Of a stretch of 64,000 nucleotides of DNA, positions 40,098 through 49,132 are shown piece by piece (within the stretch, counting starts at the first letter, position 1; each line of letters starts with the position of its first letter). Source of the stretch: Chitinivibrionales bacterium (lineage in GTDB: Bacteria > Fibrobacterota > Chitinivibrionia > Chitinivibrionales > WJKA01); assembly GCA_038247415.1 (NCBI GenBank), contig JBBRUX010000006.1:1-64000 (forward strand). The letters run 5' to 3'. The notes beneath the pieces are model-generated. The model saw only the letters and a list, made by a program, of their open reading frames with translations, had not been told where the DNA came from and did not search any database. Both the position numbers and the translations under genes were made by a program.

Positions 40098-40904
40098 ATG
40101 TCACGTAATAAAAAAGCGGGCTTTGGGTCTGAAGAAGCTGGCGAAATTGATCTTAAGCCGTTTATTAACTTTCTTATGGTGCTTGTGCCTGTGCTCATGC
40201 TTTCTGCAGATTATGGTAGTATTTCACTTATCAAGTTAAAGCTTCCTGAGGGGCGCGGATCTCAAGTAAATGAGGGGTCTAAGCAACAATCTCTGAAAGA
40301 CGAATCTGATAAGCTTCTACTTACCATGATTATTTCAGACTCAGTTGTCACACTGGGTGCAAAGGGTGGCTTTCTTCCGAGCATGTGGTATAAAGAGTAT
40401 CATAAGTATCTCTCGCGAACCAATAGGAATATTTCGCAAACAGCTCAATACGACCCCAAAAACCCTAAAGCATTTCCGATTAATCCTGAGACCGGAAAAC
40501 AATTCGAGCTCAATGAACGATCAGAAATATTGCTCTGGGTAGCAGACGAAGCTGGGAATACGGTGAAATGTTTGTACAGTAAAGATGGAAATATGGTAAC
40601 CGATGAAAATGGATTGTCTTTGACAACAGTTACTGCAGGTCAAACTGTGTATATTGTTCGCAATCCACGCACTTCAATGGTTGTTCAAGATCCATCTGTA
40701 TTTAAGCTCCAAGAACTTTCTGCTTACGATGAAATGAAAAATCGTTTGCTAAAAGTTAAGGAACGTTATCCAGACGCAAGCGACGCAAATGACATCATAA
40801 TTGCTGCTGAAAATCAGGTAGCATATGACAAAATTGTCCAATTGATGGATATTGCGCGTTCTGCGGATTTTCCCAATATCGCCATCGCTAAACTGAGGAG
40901 CTGA
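40098..40904 (+). CDS. ExbD/TolR family protein with a large periplasmic insertion
   Basis: EIDLKPFINFLMVLVPVLM TM; C-terminal IIAAENQVAYDKIVQLMDIAR. Confidence 0.85.
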   Translation: MSRNKKAGFGSEEAGEIDLKPFINFLMVLVPVLMLSADYGSISLIKLKLPEGRGSQVNEGSKQQSLKDESDKLLLTMIISDSVVTLGAKGGFLPSMWYKEYHKYLSRTNRNISQTAQYDPKNPKAFPINPETGKQFELNERSEILLWVADEAGNTVKCLYSKDGNMVTDENGLSLTTVTAGQTVYIVRNPRTSMVVQDPSVFKLQELSAYDEMKNRLLKVKERYPDASDANDIIIAAENQVAYDKIVQLMDIARSADFPNIAIAKLRS

Positions 40905-40905
40905 T

Positions 40906-41409
40906 ATGGCATTACAACGTGGTAGAGGGAAAGCAACTACTAAAGCGGCGGGACTTATTATTACGTCGCTTATCGACTTCTTTTCAATTGTTGTTATTTA
41001 TCTGATGAAAAGCTATTCTGCTGAAGGTAATACAATGACCAACGCAGATAACCTTACGCTTCCAAACTCAATTGCGAGTATTAAGCCAAAGGATGTTACT
41101 GTTCAGGTATCTGCAACAAATGAAATGATTATGGTTGATAACGTAGCTGTTGTTCCCACAGAAGATGTAAGAAAAATTCCGCAGGAGAATGGTGATCCTG
41201 TTGTGCCTAAAGTTAAAGAGCGTCTTGACGCAGCGTATGCACAAGAACAGGAAATGGTTCGACTTGGTGCTTTAAACTCAGTTGAAGGTAATGTTACTAT
41301 CCAGGTTGATAAAAACATGGATTTTGACGTTGTTTATAAGCTGATGAATACCTGCGCAGCTGCAAAGTATGTCAATATGAACTTTGCTGTCATGAAAAGG
41401 GAGGAATAG
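40906..41409 (+). CDS. ExbD/TolR family protein (AglS-like)
   Basis: LIITSLIDFFSIVVIYLMKSYS with the conserved Asp; LTLPNS; IQVDKNMDFDVVYKLMNTC. Confidence 0.88.
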   Translation: MALQRGRGKATTKAAGLIITSLIDFFSIVVIYLMKSYSAEGNTMTNADNLTLPNSIASIKPKDVTVQVSATNEMIMVDNVAVVPTEDVRKIPQENGDPVVPKVKERLDAAYAQEQEMVRLGALNSVEGNVTIQVDKNMDFDVVYKLMNTCAAAKYVNMNFAVMKREE

Positions 41410-41411
41410 TC

Positions 41412-42782
41412 GTGAAATTTAAGATATTAATCAAACGCTGTGAAGATCCCGATCGTGCAGCCAATATTGCTGAGGAAATAGCAAAGTGGTCTGGCACCAG
41501 GGTGTCTGTGGTCAGCGCAGCCCTCATGACCAAAGATGTTTGTGTTAAAAAAGAAGCTGAACAAGAAGAAGCATATGCGCTAAAAGCTCAGTTTGAGAGC
41601 TATGGTGCAGAGGTTGTTTTGGAAAAAATAGCCGAAACTGCTTCTGCTCGTGTTGCGGCATCTATGGTTGCAGCGCCTGCAATGGTCGCGGCTGCGGCAA
41701 AGCCAAAGGCACAAGCTCCAGTTGTAAAAAAGCAAGTAGTAAATAATGATGATGATGACGATGATGATGAAGATGGCGAAGAGAGCCGACTTTTAACAAC
41801 TGAAGAGTTTTTAGCAAAAGTTAAAACACGTGAAGATATTTTTGTTATTCCAAAAGAACGTCGCCTTGCAAGTCTCGAAGGTGTATTTCTAGTATTAGGT
41901 ATAATTTCCGGGATTTGGTTTACAACCATTGAAATTCGGAGAACGGCAACAGATTTCTTTGACAAAATGCCCACAGAAAATACGGGTAAATTTGTTACCA
42001 AAGAAATTGATGCCCAATTAGATAAGCCTAAAGAAGAACCTAAACAGAAGATCGAATCTGAAACAAAAACACTTAAGCAGTCAAAAAGCAAAGGTGCTGG
42101 AGGAACAACGGGTGGTGGTGGAGATCCACGAGCACGCGTAACAAAACAAGGTGTTTTGGGTATTATCTCTGGCCAGGTTAAAGGTAAATATGTTGCTTCT
42201 GCTGACGTTTTTGGCAAAGGCGGTTTTGCCTCAGGTATCGATGCAATCCTCTCCGGCGTTGGAGGCCTCGCTGCAGGTGGTGGCGGTGGTGTAGGACGCA
42301 AAGGTGCTGCTGGTATCGGCTATGGAGCTGGGTATGGCAGTGGCTTTGGTGGTGGTGGTGGTGGTATAGACGATCTCATTGGTGGTCTTATGTCTGGTGA
42401 TGGACAAGGATCTCTTGGTTCTAGGCTTAAAGGCCATAAGGCATTGACAGTTGCCGAACCATCCTTTGCAAAAGGTGGAGCACTTACCGGTGGTCGCAGC
42501 ATGGCAAGTATTCGCCAGGTTGTTATGCAAAATCTTCCAGCGCTTCGTTATGCTTATGTTAAACGTTTACGAGAAAAGCCCGGTTTGCAAGGTAAAATAA
42601 CCTTGAAATTTGCGATTGACGAATTCGGAAATGTAATATTTTGTTCTGTTGTCAATTCTGCTATGGCAGATCCAGATCTTGAAGAAGAAATCAAAGGCAA
42701 AATCAAACGTTGGGCTTTTGGAAAAATCGACAAACCTGGTGATGTAACAGAAGTTATTTATCCGTTTGTCTTCTCGCAATGA
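41412..42782 (+). CDS. TonB-like energy transducer with AgmX/PglI-type C-terminal domain (GltG-like)
   Basis: Single TM, charged/Pro linker, 'GVLGII', Gly-rich tract, C-terminal LRYAYVKRLREKPGLQGKITLKFAIDEFGNV...IYPFVF. Confidence 0.85.
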   Translation: MKFKILIKRCEDPDRAANIAEEIAKWSGTRVSVVSAALMTKDVCVKKEAEQEEAYALKAQFESYGAEVVLEKIAETASARVAASMVAAPAMVAAAAKPKAQAPVVKKQVVNNDDDDDDDEDGEESRLLTTEEFLAKVKTREDIFVIPKERRLASLEGVFLVLGIISGIWFTTIEIRRTATDFFDKMPTENTGKFVTKEIDAQLDKPKEEPKQKIESETKTLKQSKSKGAGGTTGGGGDPRARVTKQGVLGIISGQVKGKYVASADVFGKGGFASGIDAILSGVGGLAAGGGGGVGRKGAAGIGYGAGYGSGFGGGGGGIDDLIGGLMSGDGQGSLGSRLKGHKALTVAEPSFAKGGALTGGRSMASIRQVVMQNLPALRYAYVKRLREKPGLQGKITLKFAIDEFGNVIFCSVVNSAMADPDLEEEIKGKIKRWAFGKIDKPGDVTEVIYPFVFSQ

Positions 42783-42865
42783 TTATTGTATACTTAATGT
42801 AATTGTTGTGTTGCTGTGAGGTTGCACTATTGTTTACTAGTAATCAGAGGGGGAGGGTAGTCGAC

Positions 42866-44125
42866 ATGAAAAGAATTCTGATCGCCTTAGCTTTAACCGG
42901 ATTTTTTGTCGCTTTGCATGCCTCGGATTCCAGAATAATTGCCTTAGGTAGGCATGATGCCTTTTTCATGGATGATTATAGCATTTTCCGCAACCCGGCA
43001 AATGTGAATGTATATCCAAATATGGTGTTTGGTTCTGGTGGATATTATAGCGAAGAAGATAATCCAGTTAAATCTACTAGTTCTAGCGATCTTTCTGCGT
43101 TAAGAGCAACGAATCGCGATCCGGTTCGGCCTTATGCAGGAGGAATTGTTTCCTATTCTCTGAATCAATCTGCTGAAGGCGGGAATCAATATCCGATGAT
43201 TTCTATCGGAGCAGCATTTAATCGATACGATAAAATGTTGCAATATTTAATTCCTGGAACACCAGAGTTCTCTAATGCATTTAGCGTTGATAGCTCATTT
43301 GCAATGCCTCGGCCTGTAGGTAAAATTGATCTTATGGGTGGGTACGCTCTGGCCAATGGAGGGATGATTGGTTTTGGTAGCTATTTGGCATTTCAGAATG
43401 ATTCTAGTAGTATTAAAACAGCAAGTTTGTATAAGGGAACTCTTGGATTAAATATGCCTATTGCAAAGGCTACAGATCTTGAGGTTTCTCTGGGCATTGG
43501 CGCTGTTAATGCTATTGGGACTAAGAAAGATGTATTGGGGAATGTCATGCCAGATACACTCGCTAGTGCCAGCGGTAACAGCGATTTTATGCTTGAAGCA
43601 GATGGCAGAATTTTCCAGGCGCTTACGGTCCTCAACGGTGATATTGTTCCCCATTTAAAGGTTAATATGGTTAATCTCAAGCAGTTTGCATTGTTTGAAA
43701 TTGCTTGTGGTGTGGGAATGAATATTAATGTTGATAAGGGTTTTGGATGGGCAGGACTTGAATTTTTGTATGAACAAAAAGATTTATCGCCTGCATCAAA
43801 TTCAAAAACCGCTACAGATGGTTATGGTGGAAGAGTCAGTTTTGGATTTGAACGCAATATTATTTGGGATTGGTTTTTGCTTAGAGCTGGAATTTGTAAA
43901 AAATTGCTCTATGTTAAAAATGGCTCAGATGGATATTGGCTTGAAAATGCTGAAGCTGACAAATCTGATAACGATTTTCTGGGGATTGGTGTTGGTGCAA
44001 ATATCGAAAACAGACTCAAAATCGATGCTGTCATCGCAGAGGATGTTCTCTTTACTTTTACCAATCTGATTAGCAAGCCTCAGGATCATATTCTGACTCG
44101 TTTCTCGGCAAGCTATAGTTTTTGA
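42866..44125 (+). CDS. Putative outer-membrane beta-barrel channel
   Basis: Signal peptide, 'SRIIALG..D..IFRNPA' (FadL/PorV-like start), amphipathic strands, C-terminal SASYSF; GGAGG RBS. Confidence 0.7.
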   Translation: MKRILIALALTGFFVALHASDSRIIALGRHDAFFMDDYSIFRNPANVNVYPNMVFGSGGYYSEEDNPVKSTSSSDLSALRATNRDPVRPYAGGIVSYSLNQSAEGGNQYPMISIGAAFNRYDKMLQYLIPGTPEFSNAFSVDSSFAMPRPVGKIDLMGGYALANGGMIGFGSYLAFQNDSSSIKTASLYKGTLGLNMPIAKATDLEVSLGIGAVNAIGTKKDVLGNVMPDTLASASGNSDFMLEADGRIFQALTVLNGDIVPHLKVNMVNLKQFALFEIACGVGMNINVDKGFGWAGLEFLYEQKDLSPASNSKTATDGYGGRVSFGFERNIIWDWFLLRAGICKKLLYVKNGSDGYWLENAEADKSDNDFLGIGVGANIENRLKIDAVIAEDVLFTFTNLISKPQDHILTRFSASYSF

Positions 44126-44166
44126 TTATGGTACAATTCGAACGTTTCTTGAATTAGTATAAAAGG

Positions 44167-44200
44167 AGGGATGAGAAATTCTGTTTCTCATCCCTTTTTT
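44167..44200 (+). terminator. Rho-independent terminator
   Basis: AGGGATGAGAAA-TTCTG-TTTCTCATCCCT followed by a T-tract. Confidence 0.8.
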
Positions 44201-44279
44201 ATTTCATTCTTTGTTATAACTTTGCAATTCATTATTTTCGATATATATATAACAAATTCACTTATCGCAGGGGGGTTAC

Positions 44280-45755
44280 ATGAAATTTAGGATTCTTATT
44301 GCAAGTGCTCTTGCTGTGGCGGTTGTGCTTGGTGGCTGTGGTCTTGTAAAAAAAGAAAAGCCAACGCTTACAATTCTCCTCAGAATGATGCCTGCGCAAG
44401 AACGCTTTTTGCGTGAAGAAATTGTTCCAAATTTCGAAAAAGAAAATAGTTGCGTTGTTAAAATTGCAAATTTTGATAACGAATGGGATATTGAGCGGCT
44501 TCTTAAGCTTGATGCTGGAAAAAAGAAACCTGACATAGATCTTGTAAAAACTCCTTTTGAACAAACAAGAGTTTTAGCTTCTAAAGGTTATATGCAGGAT
44601 CTTTTTGGTGTTATGGATTCCGATCATGTCATGATGGATCTTGCAGAATATCATGCATTGGCAAGCGGACTTGGATATTTCGATAATAAGCCTTATTATA
44701 TTCCAAGAAAACTTGAAACGCGCATTATGTTCTATCGTAAATCGATGGTTGCAGATGCTGTTGCAAAATTCGATGGGCTTAAAAAGCAAATCAATGATGA
44801 TCTCAAAAAACTGAATGGCTATGGACTTCCTAAGGACTATGCGCTTGAAGCGGATCCTTCTCAGTGGGATTTTTATGATGTATACGTTGCGGGAAAAATT
44901 TGGGCTTCTGTCGACTATAATGGCGTGAAAATGGGACGCATTGCTCATCGTGGCGCTCATTATGGCGGTACCGCGCTCGATCTTATCGATAAAGCATTGC
45001 AGCTTGGTGCAACTAAAGATGATGTGCTAAAGCTGACATCTGATAAAGCTTTAGAAACCTTCTTGTGGGAAGCTATTTTTGTTAAAGAAGGTGTTTATAA
45101 TTTAAGCATGTGGCAAGATAAGTGGAAGGGCACCGATCTTTACAATGGGATAAAAGACGGCAAAGTATTTTTGACTTTTGTTCAGCAGATAGACTGTTTT
45201 AATATTCATGGATGGCCAGATGATCCTGGTATGCCGGGATATTTGCCTGATGCGAACGATTTTGGACTTGCTGGTATGCCTTTGGCTGTATCGTTTGATC
45301 TCAAATCGGATGGTACTCCTGCATTTGTTGGCAAAAAAGCAATTTCTACCGGTGGTTGGTGGTGGGGCATACCTAAGGCAAGCTCACATAAAAAACTGGC
45401 ATATCAGTTTAGCCGATTTATTACTAATCGTGAAAATCAGGCAAAAGAGTGCTCTCGTTTTGGTATGATTCCAGTCCGTAAAGACGTGCTCAATAATCTC
45501 CCAGAAGTGTTTGCGCAAGGATGGGTGGGAGATATCTTTAAAACATCGGTAGATCAGATTAAAACGAATGATTTAACAACAGTTCCTCTTACACCAAGTT
45601 ATACTCCAATAAGCCAGCTGTATGTTGATGCTTGGTATGCTTTATGTGTAGATGGAGCTGTGGTGCCTAATGCAAAGGTGGATAAAGCAACGCTTAAAGC
45701 CGCCCTTATTTCTGGCTTTGAAGCAAAGGAAAAAGAAGCTCTTGGAGCACATTGA
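44280..45755 (+). CDS. Carbohydrate ABC transporter substrate-binding lipoprotein
   Basis: Lipobox LGGC; PNFEKEN, PDID, YYIPR..ETRIMFYRK, GGWWWGIPK, IPVRKD. Confidence 0.85.
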   Translation: MKFRILIASALAVAVVLGGCGLVKKEKPTLTILLRMMPAQERFLREEIVPNFEKENSCVVKIANFDNEWDIERLLKLDAGKKKPDIDLVKTPFEQTRVLASKGYMQDLFGVMDSDHVMMDLAEYHALASGLGYFDNKPYYIPRKLETRIMFYRKSMVADAVAKFDGLKKQINDDLKKLNGYGLPKDYALEADPSQWDFYDVYVAGKIWASVDYNGVKMGRIAHRGAHYGGTALDLIDKALQLGATKDDVLKLTSDKALETFLWEAIFVKEGVYNLSMWQDKWKGTDLYNGIKDGKVFLTFVQQIDCFNIHGWPDDPGMPGYLPDANDFGLAGMPLAVSFDLKSDGTPAFVGKKAISTGGWWWGIPKASSHKKLAYQFSRFITNRENQAKECSRFGMIPVRKDVLNNLPEVFAQGWVGDIFKTSVDQIKTNDLTTVPLTPSYTPISQLYVDAWYALCVDGAVVPNAKVDKATLKAALISGFEAKEKEALGAH

Positions 45756-45764
45756 TAGTCTTTC

Positions 45765-46658
45765 ATGAATCTGCGTTATAAAGCGCTTCTTCCAAAAATC
45801 CAGGAGATCTGGCCGCTCTTTCCAGCGGCCTTCTATCTTCTGGGTTTTCTTGTTATTGTATCTGTTTATTTAGTTGGTCTCACATTTTCTGCTGTCCATA
45901 ATTCAGAGACAATATTCCCGACTTTCCAATCGATACATGCGGTTTTTCAACTCCCTGCTTTTAAGAGTGCTTTTTTCAATACTGCCTTGTTTGTCATCGT
46001 AGGCACACCATTAGAACTTTTTACAGGTCTTTTGTTAGCGCTTGTATTGTATCGATCATTTGTGTTTCGAACATTCGTTCGGAGTGTATTGCTCATTCCT
46101 TTAGCCGTACCCGCATTGGTTACCGCAATTCTCCTTTTTATTCTTTTCGATTTTCCTGGCGGACATGCGAATGATGTACTATTAGGTAAATATTCTTTTT
46201 TCCCTAAATTAATTTCGGCTCCAATAAACTGGAGAGGTTCGCAATGGTTTGCATTAGGAATATCTCTCATTGGAAAAGTTTGGCGAGATATGCCTATTTC
46301 GATGCTTATTCTTCTTTCGGGAATTTCGGCAATTGACGTTGAATTGTTTGATGCTGCAAAAACAATGGGGGCTGGTTGGAGAAAACAACTTCGCTTGATC
46401 GTAATTCCGCTTATCATGCCGGCCATTTCGGCGGTTATCCTCTTACGCTCAATTGAAATGTGGAAAGAATTTATTTTTCCTTTTGTATTGGCCGGTAAGT
46501 ATCCGCTTTTGGGAACACTTATAGAATCTTTGTATAATAATTGGGGGAATCCGCATCAGGCAGCATGTGTTGCCGTAGTACTGGTTATATGTATTGTGGG
46601 ATCGTCACTTGTGTATATGTTTTTTATTGATGTGCTCAAACGATTGAGGAAAGTATAG
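45765..46658 (+). CDS. Carbohydrate ABC permease (MalF/UgpA-like)
   Basis: NTALF, RSVLLIPLAVP, WRDMP, EAA-like ELFDAAKTMGAG. Confidence 0.9.
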   Translation: MNLRYKALLPKIQEIWPLFPAAFYLLGFLVIVSVYLVGLTFSAVHNSETIFPTFQSIHAVFQLPAFKSAFFNTALFVIVGTPLELFTGLLLALVLYRSFVFRTFVRSVLLIPLAVPALVTAILLFILFDFPGGHANDVLLGKYSFFPKLISAPINWRGSQWFALGISLIGKVWRDMPISMLILLSGISAIDVELFDAAKTMGAGWRKQLRLIVIPLIMPAISAVILLRSIEMWKEFIFPFVLAGKYPLLGTLIESLYNNWGNPHQAACVAVVLVICIVGSSLVYMFFIDVLKRLRKV

Positions 46659-46677
46659 CCCGTATGGTTGCAACACG

Positions 46678-47523
46678 ATGAAGCCAAAAAGAGTTCTACT
46701 TGAAACGTGGAAACAGCTAGCCTGGTTTCTTACGCTTATGGTTTCGTTGGCCATAGTGGCGATACCTTTGTATTTGTTATTCAAGTATTCGATATCTGAT
46801 ATCGGGTCTATTAATACCGGAGGTAAACCAATTCCGATATGGCCTTTTCATCCTACGCTTAAAGCTTTCATGTACCTGTTTTCAGATAAGCAGTTTTATC
46901 ATGTGCTTGTCAATAGCTTGATAATTGCGCTTGGGACCGTTGGGGTTTCCTTGCTTTTTGGGATTCCAGCATCATATATCCTGGGCAGGTATGATGTTCC
47001 TTTCAAAAAGGTATTGCTGATTGGATTGATTTCGGTTCGACTCTTCCCCGATATTGCTTCGGTCATTCCAATTGCCGAATGTTTTATTCGCTTTGAGGCA
47101 CAAAATACCTATTGGGGAATAATTTTAGCTCATTCGCTGTTGGCATTACCCTATGTCATTTTTATTGGAACCTCTGCTTTTGAGCCAATCCCCAAAGATC
47201 TAGAACAGCAGGCTATGGTCATGGGTGCAAGCAGGGGGCAAATATTCATACAAATATTACTTCCTTTGGCGGCACCCGGGCTTGCTGCCGCTGCTATATA
47301 TACTTTTTTGTTGTCGTGGGATGAGTTTATTTTCTCGTATTTTTTATTAGGGATTGGAAAGATTTCTACGCTTACGCTGTATTTAAAGCAAAAGCTCTCG
47401 TATGCGCCCCCACAAAATATTCTGGCAACGATTTCGCTTTGTTTAAGCTTGCCAGTCATTATTTTTTCGTTGCTTATGCAAAAAAATATTACCGCTGGTA
47501 TCACAACTGGCGCAGTGAAATAG
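46678..47523 (+). CDS. Carbohydrate ABC permease (MalG/UgpE-like)
   Basis: NSLIIA, IPKDLEQQAMVMGAS, FLLSWDEF, GITTGAVK. Confidence 0.9.
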   Translation: MKPKRVLLETWKQLAWFLTLMVSLAIVAIPLYLLFKYSISDIGSINTGGKPIPIWPFHPTLKAFMYLFSDKQFYHVLVNSLIIALGTVGVSLLFGIPASYILGRYDVPFKKVLLIGLISVRLFPDIASVIPIAECFIRFEAQNTYWGIILAHSLLALPYVIFIGTSAFEPIPKDLEQQAMVMGASRGQIFIQILLPLAAPGLAAAAIYTFLLSWDEFIFSYFLLGIGKISTLTLYLKQKLSYAPPQNILATISLCLSLPVIIFSLLMQKNITAGITTGAVK

Positions 47524-47530
47524 GATTATT

Positions 47531-48634
47531 ATGGCAGATGTTGTATTAAGAAATATTCGCAAGCGTTTTGGTGATACGACCATCATCGAGAATTTTAGCC
47601 TTGACATTCGCGATGGTGAATTCGTTACCTTGCTTGGACCCAGTGGTTGCGGAAAGACAACACTCTTACGCATGATAGCTGGGCTTGAGACTATTGATGA
47701 CGGTGATCTATTAATATCAGGAAAAAAATTCAATACTATTGCCCCTCAGAAACGTAAGATCGCCATGGTGTTTCAAACCTATGCGTTGTTTCCGCATATG
47801 ACCGTGAGGGAAAATATTCTCTTTGGATTAAAAATCAAAAAAGCATCCGTGGCTACCATGACTCAAAAATTGCAATGGGTTTTGCCGCTTCTGGATCTTA
47901 TTGGATTAGAAAATCGGTTGCCTAGGGAACTTTCTGGGGGGCAACGACAAAGAATAGCCTTGGCAAGAGCGCTTGTGCTCGATCCCGATGTATTATTGCT
48001 TGATGAACCCCTCTCTAATTTAGATGCAGCCTTGCGTGAAATGGCGATGGAGGAACTTAAGCGGATTCATCATCAAGTTGGCAAAACCATCATTTACGTA
48101 ACGCATAATCAAGTCGAAGCGATGACCATGAGTGAGCGGATTGCAATTATCAATCACGGCCGACTCGAGCAATACGATCGACCAAAAACAGTCTATGACA
48201 CCCCTCGAACAGTTTTTTCTGGGCAGTTTATTGGTAGCCCACCCATGAATTTTATTGATGGATCGATTGTTGTTAGTCAAGATAATATTGGGATAATGAC
48301 GGCGATTGGTTTTGTTTTATTGGATCGGGAGCGTACCCCGTGTGTTGAAGGAATGATTGGTCGTAAAGTTCGGGTTGGAATTCGGCCTCAGCATATTTCC
48401 TACATAGAACACCGCGCTTCTCGAAGATCATCCGATTCAAACTTTGAGCTTTTTGTAGAACTTGTTGAGGTATTAGGCGATAGAAGTCTCATTGTTGGTC
48501 GTCTTGGGGATGTTGTATTGCGTTTTCTTATAACGCGTGAGGCTGAACTGGTACCGGATCAAAAAGTCCTTGTTTTCATAGATGGAAGAAAGCTGCATCT
48601 TTTCGATCCAGACACTTCTTTGGCAATATGCTAA
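47531..48634 (+). CDS. Carbohydrate ABC ATPase (MalK/MsiK-like)
   Basis: GPSGCGKTT, LSGGQRQR, DEPLSNLD, YVTHNQVEAM, FIGSPPMN, GIRPQH. Confidence 0.93.
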   Translation: MADVVLRNIRKRFGDTTIIENFSLDIRDGEFVTLLGPSGCGKTTLLRMIAGLETIDDGDLLISGKKFNTIAPQKRKIAMVFQTYALFPHMTVRENILFGLKIKKASVATMTQKLQWVLPLLDLIGLENRLPRELSGGQRQRIALARALVLDPDVLLLDEPLSNLDAALREMAMEELKRIHHQVGKTIIYVTHNQVEAMTMSERIAIINHGRLEQYDRPKTVYDTPRTVFSGQFIGSPPMNFIDGSIVVSQDNIGIMTAIGFVLLDRERTPCVEGMIGRKVRVGIRPQHISYIEHRASRRSSDSNFELFVELVEVLGDRSLIVGRLGDVVLRFLITREAELVPDQKVLVFIDGRKLHLFDPDTSLAIC

Positions 48635-48754
48635 GAACAACACTCTCCTTTGTGTTTGATTCCAAAAAATATTTGTGCAGGTATCGTGGTTCTCGATTCA
48701 ATGGTTGTGATACGCTATTGAATCGATCCTGTAGATTATCGTATTTTGGATACT

Positions 48755-49132
48755 ATGAAAACTCATACTCGTTATCTTAAATCTGTTTCTCTTTTATCTT
48801 TGGGGCTTTTAGGGCTTTTGTTGTGTTCGTGTTTTATTGACAATGAAAAGACCATGCGCCGTAAGCTCTCCATTATTTGTCAGAGTGACCTTACCACAAC
48901 AATAGGGCAACTGAAATCAGGTGCTTCTGCCGACTCTGTTTATTTCCACATTGTTAGTTTTAAAACCTTTGCAAAAGGTGAATTTTCTGCCAAAGCAGTT
49001 GTCGATTTTTATTTGTTGAAAAATGTTCAGGTTAAAATGGTGCGTAAGTATCGTTTTAATCGGATTTTTGGACTCTGGGATCGATATTATAACGAATGGG
49101 AATTCGTTCATGATTCGACCAAGAGTAAATAG
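48755..49132 (+). CDS. Hypothetical lipoprotein
   Basis: Basic N-terminus, hydrophobic stretch, lipobox-like LCSC. Confidence 0.55.
   Translation: MKTHTRYLKSVSLLSLGLLGLLLCSCFIDNEKTMRRKLSIICQSDLTTTIGQLKSGASADSVYFHIVSFKTFAKGEFSAKAVVDFYLLKNVQVKMVRKYRFNRIFGLWDRYYNEWEFVHDSTKSK

Noticed and set aside
41600..42301. 233-aa Pro/Ser-rich antisense ORF
   Set aside because: Shadow of the Gly- and Asp-rich codons of the GltG-like gene; the other short overlapping ORFs in the track were dismissed likewise
41745..42366. (GAT)n and (GGT)n trinucleotide runs as contingency repeats
   Set aside because: In-frame poly-Asp and poly-Gly linkers; length changes would not switch phase
33000..44125. Type IX secretion or classical Tol-Pal assignment
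   Set aside because: No PorK/L/M/N or SprA; no TolA-TolB-Pal order; two ExbDs plus an AgmX-type C-terminal domain fit Agl-Glt better
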